Source: Erysipelotrichaceae bacterium
Lineage (GTDB): Bacteria > Bacillota_I > Bacilli_A > Erysipelotrichales > Erysipelotrichaceae
DNA length: 32,000 nucleotides
Reading direction: 5' to 3'
NCBI GenBank assembly: GCA_963676105.1
Contig: OY781039.1
Span: 450,001-482,000, forward strand
A program made the position numbers and the translations under genes. The notes beneath the pieces were generated by a model. That model searched no databases. It saw only the letters and a list, made by a program, of their open reading frames with translations, and was not told where the DNA came from. Below, one piece after another: positions 1 to 8,681 of the stretch (position 1 is the stretch's first letter; the number at the start of each line of letters is the position of its first letter).

Positions 1-1637
1 GCGGTTTGGATGAAGATGGCAAAAATTTAACGGTCGTCGAAATCAACCAAGATATTTTTATATTGGATGTTGGCCTAAAATATCCTGAAGGACAAAGACA
101 CTTAGGGGTTGAGATTATCATCCCTGATTTTAAGTCGATTGTAGAAAAGAAAGATCGTATTAAAGCAATCTTTATCACACATGGTCATGATGATGCGATG
201 GGGGCACTGCCGTATCTTTTAAAACATGTAAAAGCACCTGTTTATGCGACAGCATTTACAGCATCACTAATTGAAATATTACTCAGAGAACATAGTATTA
301 AAGACTATACACTAAAGATTGTTAAACGATTTGATCAATTTAGTATCGGTCAAACTCAAGTTAGAACATTTGGAATCACTCACTCGATTGCAGATGCGAT
401 GGGTGTTGCGATTGAAACAAGTGAAGGCTATATTGTTTATGCGGCTGAATATATTATTGATTTTGATCAAAAACATGAAGCTTTCTCATGCGATCTAACA
501 ACATTTGCTGATATTGGTAAAAAAGGTGTTTTTGCCTTATTAACAGAATCAATTGGTGCAGATCGAGCGGGCTATACTGCGCCAAGTCATCGTATTTCTG
601 ATTATTTAGAAAATGCTTTAGAAAATGCGAAAGGTCGCGTTATCTTAACGATGTATGAACAAAATTTATATCGCTTAAGTGAAGTATTAGATTTAGCTAA
701 ACGTTTTAAACGTAAAGTTGTTTTCTATAATGATCATCAACGTAATTTATTAAAACAAGCTGAGAAACTCAATTATTATAAGATGCCTTTAGAACTTGAA
801 TTACCATTATCTCGTTTTAATAATGATAGTGAAGATGTTCTTGTCATTGTTTCTGGTAGTGGTATCGCAACGTTCCAAACATTACATAAAATAGCGATTA
901 GTGAAGATGAAAAACTATCACTTCGATCAAGTGACACCGTCTTTATCGCATCTCCAGTTGTCCCAGGTACCGAAAAAGAAGCTGCTTCAATGGAAAATGA
1001 ACTTTATAAAGAAGATGTTGATGTCATCACTTTAGATAAAAAGAAAGTTTTCTCAATGCATGCCGCTACTGAAGATATTAAAATGATGCTTTATTTAATG
1101 AAACCCAAGTACTTTGTGCCTATTCATGGTGAGTATCGACATTTAGTTGCGAATGCAAATATCGCTTTAGATATGGGTTACTATGCAGATAAAATTGTTG
1201 TATTAGATAATGGAGAAATTGCCACATTTGAAGATGGCAAACGTACAAATGCGATTAATCGTATCGAACTAGAAACTGTGTTAATTGATGGTAATGAAAA
1301 ACTCGATTTCTCAGGTTTAGTCTTAAGAGATCGAGAAATGTTATCGACAGATGGTGTGATTGTGGTTGGTTTAAGTATCAACTTTAAGACAAAAGAAGTT
1401 ATTGGTGGACCAGATGTTCAATCACGTGGTGTTATTTATCTAAAGGATGCAGATCATATCGTTAAGGAAACGGCTGCGATTTTAGAGTCAACTGTTAATG
1501 AACTTGTGTCTGCCAATAAATATGATAATCAAGGAGCTCGTAATGAGGCTCGTGATCGAATGAGTAAGTATATTTATAAACAAACGGGTAAGAGACCAAT
1601 GATTTTACCTGTTATTATAGAATTGAATTTAAATTAA
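1..1637 (+). CDS. rnj: Ribonuclease J family (metallo-beta-lactamase/beta-CASP RNase), J2-like paralog; 5' end cut by window edge
   Basis: The frame is open to the window edge (gc|ggt|ttg|gat = G L D E D G K N). The track ORF start at 6 is an internal TTG. The translation is colinear with Firmicute RNase J: GGL.E.GKN, FITHGH motif II, GITHSI, SMH, PIHGEYR, LRDR, and C-terminal KRPMILPVIIEL. Motif II reads HGHDDA and motif IV reads AEY instead of GDF, which is J2-like. It sits directly upstream of ftsK, as rnjB (ymfA) lies upstream of spoIIIE in B. subtilis. Confidence 0.9.
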   Translation, partial: GLDEDGKNLTVVEINQDIFILDVGLKYPEGQRHLGVEIIIPDFKSIVEKKDRIKAIFITHGHDDAMGALPYLLKHVKAPVYATAFTASLIEILLREHSIKDYTLKIVKRFDQFSIGQTQVRTFGITHSIADAMGVAIETSEGYIVYAAEYIIDFDQKHEAFSCDLTTFADIGKKGVFALLTESIGADRAGYTAPSHRISDYLENALENAKGRVILTMYEQNLYRLSEVLDLAKRFKRKVVFYNDHQRNLLKQAEKLNYYKMPLELELPLSRFNNDSEDVLVIVSGSGIATFQTLHKIAISEDEKLSLRSSDTVFIASPVVPGTEKEAASMENELYKEDVDVITLDKKKVFSMHAATEDIKMMLYLMKPKYFVPIHGEYRHLVANANIALDMGYYADKIVVLDNGEIATFEDGKRTNAINRIELETVLIDGNEKLDFSGLVLRDREMLSTDGVIVVGLSINFKTKEVIGGPDVQSRGVIYLKDADHIVKETAAILESTVNELVSANKYDNQGARNEARDRMSKYIYKQTGKRPMILPVIIELNLN

Positions 1638-1643
1638 TAGTTT

Positions 1644-3770
1644 ATGACAAAAAAGAGAAAAAATACGAAAAAAATGAATAGGGCTTGGCGTATCGTCTTG
1701 TCAATAACTTTTATGGGTTGGGCTTTTATTGGATTCATACACTCTGGGGCCATTGGTGAATGGACAGATAAATTTATGAATCTAATTTTTGGTGTCCGTC
1801 GTGATGTGATGTATGTTTTAATAGTATTTTTACTTTTTGATTATGCATTTTTACCTAAAAAATGGAATTTGAAATTTAGACAAAAACTCGTTTTAGCCAT
1901 CAATGTTGTACTTTTATATTTATGGACAGCTTATTTTGTATTAGAGTCAAATTTAATTGGTAAAGAACTATTTGATTTATGGAATGCTTCTGCATGGGAT
2001 CTATTCCTTAATGGTGGAGATGCCTTAAGTGGATTCTTAGGTGTATCACTCTATAGTTTAGGAACTTATCTCTTTGGTCGTTTAGGCATGTTGTTCTTTT
2101 TAATGGCTGCATCTTTAGGCATGCTATTATATATGCTTGAATTTAAAAATCTTAAAAAATGGTTTACCAAAGAAGCAAAAGAAACGAAAAAAACAAAAAC
2201 AGATATCTCTCAATTTACTGAAGAAAGTGTTAGTGCTCCTGAGACTAGAGGTGCAACTTTCTTAACGGCTGATGAACCCAAAAAATCTAAATCTAAATCT
2301 GGTAAATCATCTGTATCTACACAAGAGATTAGAACACGATCTGCGGCAACCATACATACGATTGGTAATTACTCACTACCTAGTGCAAATTTATTAGATC
2401 AAGCTAACCATAAAGCAAAATCAAATTTAAACAAAAATGCTGCTCAAGCAAAAGGTCAAAGACTTTTAGAAATTCTGTCTGAATTTGGGGTTAATGCAGA
2501 ATTAATCGCAACGCATATTGGACCTTCAGTTACTAAGTTTGAAGTTAAACCTGATAGTAATGTTAAAATCTCAAAAATTAATTCTATCCAAGATAACTTA
2601 AAAATGGAATTAGCCGCAAAAGAATTGAGACTTGAAGCACCGATTCCTGGTCGAAATGCGGTAGGTATTGAAATTCCTAATTTAGAAACAACACCTGTTC
2701 GTTTAATTGAAATGATGCGCGAAGTTCCTAAAGAATTGATGGATCAAAAATTACTATATCCAATTGGTAAAGATTTAATGGGACGTTCAATTTTTGCGGA
2801 AATGAATAAAATGCCTCATTTACTTGTTGCAGGAGCAACAGGTTCAGGTAAGTCAGTTTTTATGAATGTTATGATTGTTAACTATTTACTAAGAACTTCA
2901 CCTGATGAATTAAAAATGTTGTTGATTGATCCTAAAAAGGTTGAGTTTGCACCATTTACAGAAATTCCTCATTTAATTGCGCCAGTTATATCAGATTCAG
3001 CTGAAGCTTCTAGAGCTTTAAAAGTCGTTGTTAATATGATGGAAAATCGATATGAAGTTTTCTCTAACTTAGGTGTTAGAAATATTACAGCTTATAATGA
3101 GTTAATCATTAAAAAACCACAAGATAATCTAGAACTTATGCCTTGGATTCTAGTGGTTATTGATGAGTTAGCCGATTTAATGATTGTTGCAGGTAAGGAA
3201 GTTGAAGGTAGTATTCAACGAATTACTCAACTTGCACGTGCGGCAGGGATTCATTTAGTTGTTGCGACTCAACGTCCATCAACCGATGTTATTACGGGAA
3301 TCATTAAAGCGAATATTCCTTCTCGTATAGCCTTTGAAGTAAGTAATGGGATCGATTCTCGTACTATTTTGGATCAAGTTGGAGCTGAGCGTCTACTTGG
3401 TAAAGGTGATATGTTGTTTTATCCAGTTGGAGAACCTGCTCCAATGCGTGTTCAAGGATCCTTCATTAGTGATGATGAAGTTCATCGTATTGCAAAAGCT
3501 GCTTCAGATAAACGTAAACCCCAATTTGATGAGTCTTTCTTAAACTTAGATCAACCTGAAGAAATGGGTGGTGTTGGTGGCAAATCTGATGATCCACTTT
3601 ATGAAGAAGTTAAAGCTTATATTTTAGATTCTGGTCGCGCATCTACATCTAATATTCAAAGACGTTTTGGCTTAGGTTATAACCGCGCTGCACGAATAAT
3701 TGATATTCTTGAAAGAGAAGGGGTTGTAGGTCCTGCAAATGGCTCAAAACCTCGAGATGTCTATAAATAA
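1644..3770 (+). CDS. ftsK: DNA translocase FtsK/SpoIIIE
   Basis: 708 aa. Hydrophobic N-terminal segments are followed by a K/S/T-rich linker. Motifs: Walker A GATGSGKS, Walker B VVIDELADL, RPS..VITG, and a C-terminal gamma winged helix (IQRRFGLGYNRAARIIDILE). A terminator follows. Confidence 0.95.
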   Translation: MTKKRKNTKKMNRAWRIVLSITFMGWAFIGFIHSGAIGEWTDKFMNLIFGVRRDVMYVLIVFLLFDYAFLPKKWNLKFRQKLVLAINVVLLYLWTAYFVLESNLIGKELFDLWNASAWDLFLNGGDALSGFLGVSLYSLGTYLFGRLGMLFFLMAASLGMLLYMLEFKNLKKWFTKEAKETKKTKTDISQFTEESVSAPETRGATFLTADEPKKSKSKSGKSSVSTQEIRTRSAATIHTIGNYSLPSANLLDQANHKAKSNLNKNAAQAKGQRLLEILSEFGVNAELIATHIGPSVTKFEVKPDSNVKISKINSIQDNLKMELAAKELRLEAPIPGRNAVGIEIPNLETTPVRLIEMMREVPKELMDQKLLYPIGKDLMGRSIFAEMNKMPHLLVAGATGSGKSVFMNVMIVNYLLRTSPDELKMLLIDPKKVEFAPFTEIPHLIAPVISDSAEASRALKVVVNMMENRYEVFSNLGVRNITAYNELIIKKPQDNLELMPWILVVIDELADLMIVAGKEVEGSIQRITQLARAAGIHLVVATQRPSTDVITGIIKANIPSRIAFEVSNGIDSRTILDQVGAERLLGKGDMLFYPVGEPAPMRVQGSFISDDEVHRIAKAASDKRKPQFDESFLNLDQPEEMGGVGGKSDDPLYEEVKAYILDSGRASTSNIQRRFGLGYNRAARIIDILEREGVVGPANGSKPRDVYK

Positions 3771-3800
3771 CAATGTGAATTTCACGTTGTTTTTTATTTT
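3771..3800 (+). terminator. Rho-independent terminator after ftsK
   Basis: 7-bp stem caatgtg/cacgttg (3771-3777 / 3783-3789, one G-U pair) with loop aattt, followed by TTTTTTATTTT. Confidence 0.65.
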
Positions 3801-3844
3801 TTCGTTTATAATAAATTTATAGATTATTTAAAAGTGTTAATTCA

Positions 3845-3873
3845 TTGACATCAAAATTACATAATCTTAAACT
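3845..3873 (+). promoter_or_regulatory. Putative sigma-A promoter of the BMP lipoprotein gene
   Basis: -35 TTGACA (3845-3850), 17-nt spacer, -10 TAAACT (3868-3873). It lies about 35 nt upstream of ATG 3909. Confidence 0.45.
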
Positions 3874-3880
3874 TTATTTA

Positions 3881-3895
3881 GCAGAAAATTTCTGC
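3881..3895. promoter_or_regulatory. Perfect 15-bp palindrome GCAGAAAATTTCTGC (candidate operator or small hairpin) abutting the SD
   Basis: GCAGAAA-A-TTTCTGC is exactly self-complementary. It lies between the putative -10 and the AGGAGG SD (3896-3901). Confidence 0.4.
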
Positions 3896-3908
3896 AGGAG
3901 GACAATGA

Positions 3909-4991
3909 ATGAAGAAGTTATTAGCATTTTTGTCAGTTATCCTAGTTGTGTTCAGCTTAACCGCATGTTCAAGCGATGCACCAGCTGAGGAAACTGAAGA
4001 ACCTACAGGTTATGAAATCGCATTAGTTACTGATATCGGAACTATTGATGATAAATCATTTAACCAAGGTGCATGGGAAGGTGTCGTTGCTTATGCTGAA
4101 GAAAACGGCTTAACTTACCAATACTACAAACCAGCAGAAGCAACTACCGTTGCTTATGTAGCTGCTATTACAGAAGCAGTTGATGGTGGCGCTACTGTTG
4201 TTGTTACACCAGGTTATATGTTTGCTCCAGCTATTTATGAAGCCCAAGACATGTATCCAGATGTAAGCTTTATTTTATTAGATGCTGATCCACATACAGA
4301 AGACTACTCAGACTTCCGTATTGAATCAAATGTATACGCAGTTTACTATGCTGAAGAACAATCAGGTTACTTAGCTGGTTATGCAGCTGTTAAAGAAGGT
4401 TATACTTCTTTAGGCTTCATGGGCGGTATGGCTGTTCCTGCAGTTGTTCGTTTCGGTTATGGTTTCTTACAAGGTGCTGACGCTGCTGCTGTTGAACTAG
4501 GTGTTAATGTTACTGTTAACTACAAATACTTAAATAGTTTTGCACAAGACACAGCTTGGGCGACTGAAGCTAAAGCTTGGTATGCAGAAGGCACAGAAGT
4601 TATCTTCGCTGCTGCTGGTGGTGCTGGTTTATCAGTTATGGCTGGTGCAGAAGAAGTTGATGCTAAAGTTATTGGTGTTGATGTTGACCAATCTAACTTA
4701 TCAGCTACAGTATTAACATCTGCAACTAAAGGTTTAACATCATCTGTTTATGATGGATTAACAGATTTCTATGCAGGTAGCTTCAAAGGTGGCGAAATCG
4801 TTACTTTAGATGTTACTGTTGATGGTGTTGGTTTACCAATGGATACTTCAACTTTCTCAACATTTACGAGTGCTGATTATGACGCTGTTTATGCTTCATT
4901 AGTTGACGGTTCAGTTGTGGTTAATGCTGCTACAGATATTACTGCAGATGATCTTGCTTTAGTTAATACTGAAGTAAACGTTATTGAATAA
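3909..4991 (+). CDS. BMP-family (Med/PnrA/TmpC-like) ABC substrate-binding lipoprotein, probable nucleoside binding
   Basis: 360 aa. Signal peptide with lipobox LTAC. Family-typical ALVTDIGTIDDKSFNQGAWEG. Strong SD AGGAGG 7 nt upstream. It heads a CUT2-type ATPase plus two permeases. Confidence 0.9.
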   Translation: MKKLLAFLSVILVVFSLTACSSDAPAEETEEPTGYEIALVTDIGTIDDKSFNQGAWEGVVAYAEENGLTYQYYKPAEATTVAYVAAITEAVDGGATVVVTPGYMFAPAIYEAQDMYPDVSFILLDADPHTEDYSDFRIESNVYAVYYAEEQSGYLAGYAAVKEGYTSLGFMGGMAVPAVVRFGYGFLQGADAAAVELGVNVTVNYKYLNSFAQDTAWATEAKAWYAEGTEVIFAAAGGAGLSVMAGAEEVDAKVIGVDVDQSNLSATVLTSATKGLTSSVYDGLTDFYAGSFKGGEIVTLDVTVDGVGLPMDTSTFSTFTSADYDAVYASLVDGSVVVNAATDITADDLALVNTEVNVIE

Positions 4992-5013
4992 TTAATCATA
5001 CATTTATTCAGTT

Positions 5014-5042
5014 AAAAGCCAATCAATTGATTGGCTTTTTTT
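5014..5042 (+). terminator. Rho-independent terminator/attenuator between the binding-protein gene and the ATPase gene
   Basis: 11-bp stem aaaagccaatc/gattggctttt with loop aatt, followed by a T-run. Confidence 0.75.
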
Positions 5043-5070
5043 AACCGAATTTAGCAAATTCAAGTATAAT
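5041..5070 (+). promoter_or_regulatory. Putative internal promoter for the ABC ATPase and permease genes
   Basis: -10 TATAAT (5065-5070) and a weak -35 TTAACC (5041-5046) with an 18-nt spacer. SD AGGAG precedes ATG 5096. Confidence 0.35.
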
Positions 5071-5095
5071 GAAATATATATAGGAGAATTGATTT

Positions 5096-6622
5096 ATGGG
5101 CTATGTTATAGAGATGCTTAACATAACCAAAGAGTTTCCAGGTATTAAAGCTAATGATGATATCACCTTACAAATTAAAAAAGGTGAAATTCATGCGTTA
5201 TTAGGGGAAAATGGCGCTGGCAAATCTACCTTAATGAGTATACTTTTTGGATTATATCGACCTGAAAAAGGTCATATTAAAATAAACGGGGAAGAAGTTA
5301 TTATTCACAATCCTAACGATGCAAATCGTTATGGGATTGGTATGGTTCACCAACACTTTAAGTTGGTTCATAATTTTTCAGTATTGGAAAACGTTGTTTT
5401 AGGTGTCGAAAGTACTGAACGTGGATTTTTGAAAATGGATGAAGCGAAAAAAGCTGTTATTGACTTATCAAAACGTTATAACTTATTTATTGAACCAGAT
5501 CATTTAATTGAAGATATTACAGTTGGGATGCAACAGCGTGTTGAAATTTTAAAAATGCTCTATCGTCAAAATGATATTTTAATTTTCGATGAACCAACGG
5601 CAGTGTTAACACCGCAGGAAATTGAAGAACTCATGAATATCATGCGTGAGCTCGCGAAAGAGGGTAAAACCATTCTTTTTATTACACATAAACTAAATGA
5701 AATTAAAGCAGTGGCGGATCGTGTATCAATTTTACGTAAAGGTAAACTCATTGATACAGTAGATGTTAAAGACAGTACAAAAGAACAATTATCTGAACTT
5801 ATGGTTGGTCGAAAAGTTCAACTACAAGTAGAAAAAGGACCTGCCAACCCAAGTGATGTCGTTTTAAAACTACATAATGTTAATGTTAAATCTTCACATG
5901 GCTCGAAAAACTCGGTATCTGATGTTAGTTTTGAAGTTAAAAAGGGTGAAATACTATGTATAGCAGGAATTGAAGGTAATGGACAAACTGATTTAGTATA
6001 TGCGATTACAGGGCTTAAAAAAGTAGATACAGGTAATATTTGGTTTAAAGAGAAAGATATTACAAACGTATCCATTCGTGAACGTAATTTAGATGGTATG
6101 ACACATATTCCAGAAGATCGTCATAAACATGGTTTAGTTTTAGATTATACAATGGCTGAAAATTTAGTTTTAAAATCCTATTTTAAAAATACTTTTCAAT
6201 CGAATGGACTATTGAAATTTAATGAAGTTAATAAGAATGCTGACGAATTAATTGAGCGATTTGATATTAGAAGTGGTCAAGGAGCCAAAACTACGGTTCG
6301 GTCCATGTCAGGTGGTAATCAACAAAAAGTAATTGTTGCCCGTGAAATTAAAGAAGATCCAGATTTGCTTATTGCTGTTCAACCAACACGTGGTTTAGAT
6401 GTTGGTGCGATTGAGTATATTCACTCACAACTTGTAGAACAGAGAGATCTAGGTAAAGCGGTATTACTAGTATCTTTAGAATTATCTGAAGTTATGAATG
6501 TATCTGATCGTATTTTAGTAATGTATGAAGGTGAAATAGTAGGGGAATTAGACCCTGAAACAACAACAACACAAGAGCTTGGTTTATATATGGCTGGTTC
6601 TAAAAAAGAGGTCGTATCATGA
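5096..6622 (+). CDS. ABC transporter ATP-binding protein, duplicated ATPase (CUT2 sugar/nucleoside importer type)
   Basis: 508 aa with two ABC domains. Walker A GENGAGKST, Walker B ILIFDEPT, second-half signature MSGGNQQK, and a degenerate second P-loop GIEGNGQT, as is typical for this family. Confidence 0.93.
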   Translation: MGYVIEMLNITKEFPGIKANDDITLQIKKGEIHALLGENGAGKSTLMSILFGLYRPEKGHIKINGEEVIIHNPNDANRYGIGMVHQHFKLVHNFSVLENVVLGVESTERGFLKMDEAKKAVIDLSKRYNLFIEPDHLIEDITVGMQQRVEILKMLYRQNDILIFDEPTAVLTPQEIEELMNIMRELAKEGKTILFITHKLNEIKAVADRVSILRKGKLIDTVDVKDSTKEQLSELMVGRKVQLQVEKGPANPSDVVLKLHNVNVKSSHGSKNSVSDVSFEVKKGEILCIAGIEGNGQTDLVYAITGLKKVDTGNIWFKEKDITNVSIRERNLDGMTHIPEDRHKHGLVLDYTMAENLVLKSYFKNTFQSNGLLKFNEVNKNADELIERFDIRSGQGAKTTVRSMSGGNQQKVIVAREIKEDPDLLIAVQPTRGLDVGAIEYIHSQLVEQRDLGKAVLLVSLELSEVMNVSDRILVMYEGEIVGELDPETTTTQELGLYMAGSKKEVVS

Positions 6623-7707
6623 AAAAGTTCTTAGTATTAGATCGTAATCAAAAGATTATCGCATCTTTAATAGCTATACTATTTGGATTTGTTTTTGCCT
6701 TTATTATTTTAAATGTTGCGGCTTCATTAAATCCTAAGGGTGCTGATCCAATTCAAGGTTTAATGACGATTATGACCGGTGGTTTAACAACCAGTGGACT
6801 AAAAGGGGTCGGAACGATTTTAAAATTCGCAACACCCGTTATTTTGACTGGTTTGTCTGTTGGATTTGCCTTTAAAACTGGCTTATTTAATATTGGCGCA
6901 AGTGGTCAATTTATCATGGGTGGTTTTACTGCCGCTTACATTTCAATTAAGTGGTTATTTATTCCAGTTGAATTTAGATGGATTATCGCCTTATTGCTTG
7001 CGACTTTAGTTGGTGGGTTATGGGGATTAATTGCCGGTGTTTTAAAAGCGAAGCGTAATGTAAATGAAGTTATCTCTTCCATTATGCTTAATTATATTGG
7101 TATGTACACTGTTTCTACGTTAGTACCAATGATACCGGATCAATTCAATCCTTCTCGTACACAAGTTCCTTTATCAAAAGTACCATATTTTGGTTTAGAT
7201 AAATTATTTGGACCGTTAACTGTAGATTTTGGAATTGTGATATCAATCGCAATGGTATTTGTGATTTACATTATTCTAGAAAAAACAACCTTTGGTTATG
7301 AATTAAAAGCTTGTGGTTATAATCGTGATGCAGCGCGTTATGCAGGTATTAACGATGAGAGAGGTATAATGTACTCCATGTTTATAGCGGGTGCTCTTTC
7401 TGGCTTAGCTGGTGGATTAGTATACATTTCATCCATCACCAAGGTAATTGATCAATCAACGGTTCTACAACGTGAAGGTTTTGATGGTATTTCTGTTGCG
7501 TTATTAGGTTTATCTAATCCATTTGGTATCTTATTCTCAGGAATTTTTATCTCAATGTTAAGAAATGCTGGAGTACCACTATCTCGCTCGGGTTATAACG
7601 AAGAAGTTGTTCGTATAATGACTTCAACGATTATTTATGCCAGTGCTTTTTCGCTGATTATGCGTGAGAAATTTACAGCTTGGTTAGTAAGAAAGGATGT
7701 GAAATAA
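6619..7707 (+). CDS. ABC transporter permease (BMP/nucleoside system, first permease)
   Basis: 362 aa, multi-pass hydrophobic. ATGA overlap with the ATPase gene. Operon context. Confidence 0.9.
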   Translation: MKKFLVLDRNQKIIASLIAILFGFVFAFIILNVAASLNPKGADPIQGLMTIMTGGLTTSGLKGVGTILKFATPVILTGLSVGFAFKTGLFNIGASGQFIMGGFTAAYISIKWLFIPVEFRWIIALLLATLVGGLWGLIAGVLKAKRNVNEVISSIMLNYIGMYTVSTLVPMIPDQFNPSRTQVPLSKVPYFGLDKLFGPLTVDFGIVISIAMVFVIYIILEKTTFGYELKACGYNRDAARYAGINDERGIMYSMFIAGALSGLAGGLVYISSITKVIDQSTVLQREGFDGISVALLGLSNPFGILFSGIFISMLRNAGVPLSRSGYNEEVVRIMTSTIIYASAFSLIMREKFTAWLVRKDVK

Positions 7708-8658
7708 ATGAGTACGATTATATTTTTATTAAAAAACATGATTCCATTTACCATACCTTTAACTGTCGTTGCCTTAGGTGGAATGTTTTCTGAGCGCAGT
7801 GGGGTTGTTAATATTGCCTTAGAAGGGATTATGATATTCTCTGCATCTATCGGTATATTCTTTATTCATTTTATGCAAGATAGTATCAGCGGTCAGTTAT
7901 TACTATTGATTGCTTTAGTTATTTCTATGATTTCAGGTATTATATTTTCATTACTTCATGCCTATGCTTCCGTTAATTTAAAAGCCAATCAGGTTATAAG
8001 TGGTACGGCTTTAAATTTATTTGCGGCATCTTTTCATGTCTTTATTGCACGTATGATTTTTGGTGTAGAAGGGGTTGGATTTATTAATCAATTTAGAATT
8101 CCAGAAATTCCTTATTTATCCTCAATTCCTATTATTGGAGAAATATTCTTTACATCTGTGTATATCACAACATTAGTGGGTATTTTAATTCTAATTGGAT
8201 CATATGTATTATTGTTTAAAACACGTTTTGGTTTACGTTTGCGTGCTTGTGGTGAACATCCTCAAGCAGCTGATTCAGTCGGTGTTAATGTTTATCATAT
8301 GCGCTATTATGGGGTTATGTTGTCTGGTGCACTTGCAGGACTTGGTGGTCTAATCTTAGTTTTACCAAGCTTTACTGAGTTTGCAGGGGATGTTGCAGGG
8401 TATGGATTCTTAGCCTTAGCCGTATTGATTTTTGGTCAATGGAATCCAAAGAAAATATTTATGGCTGCTTTATTCTTTGGTTTAATGAAGACGATATCCA
8501 ATTCAAGTGGATTATCACTCTTGGCACAACTTCATATTCATTCTTATTTCTATAAAATTTTACCGTATGTTGCGACAATGGCAGTTCTTACCATTACCTC
8601 TAAAAAATCTGCAGCACCAAAGGCAGCTGGTGAGCCATACGATCAAGGAAAACGCTAA
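7708..8658 (+). CDS. ABC transporter permease (BMP/nucleoside system, second permease)
   Basis: 316 aa, multi-pass hydrophobic. It starts on the nucleotide after the previous stop (TAAATG). Confidence 0.9.
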   Translation: MSTIIFLLKNMIPFTIPLTVVALGGMFSERSGVVNIALEGIMIFSASIGIFFIHFMQDSISGQLLLLIALVISMISGIIFSLLHAYASVNLKANQVISGTALNLFAASFHVFIARMIFGVEGVGFINQFRIPEIPYLSSIPIIGEIFFTSVYITTLVGILILIGSYVLLFKTRFGLRLRACGEHPQAADSVGVNVYHMRYYGVMLSGALAGLGGLILVLPSFTEFAGDVAGYGFLALAVLIFGQWNPKKIFMAALFFGLMKTISNSSGLSLLAQLHIHSYFYKILPYVATMAVLTITSKKSAAPKAAGEPYDQGKR

Positions 8659-8681
8659 AAAAGTCCGATTAGGACTTTTTG
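8657..8681. terminator. Bidirectional terminator shared by the convergent permease and pncB genes
   Basis: Stem aaaaagtcc/ggacttttt (8658-8666 / 8672-8680) with loop gatta, an A-run on one side and a T-run on the other. The hairpin overlaps the last codons and stop of pncB (..KKS*). Confidence 0.65.

Noticed and set aside
1181-1381. Short ORFs antisense or out of frame within known genes: 1181-1381, 3346-3543, 5566-5751, 5818-6075, 13210-13434, 13911-14120, 16416-16649, 17331-17600, 17622-17861, 20910-21116, 21745-21951, 22653-22865, 29090-29278
   Set aside because: All are nested in conserved CDSs, lack ribosome-binding sites and have low-complexity or hydrophobic nonsense-like translations. 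They are treated as chance ORFs.
2281-2312. Short tandem AAATCT repeat (KSKSKSGKSS) in ftsK
   Set aside because: This is only about three imperfect 6-nt units inside the naturally low-complexity FtsK linker, not a meaningful repeat element.
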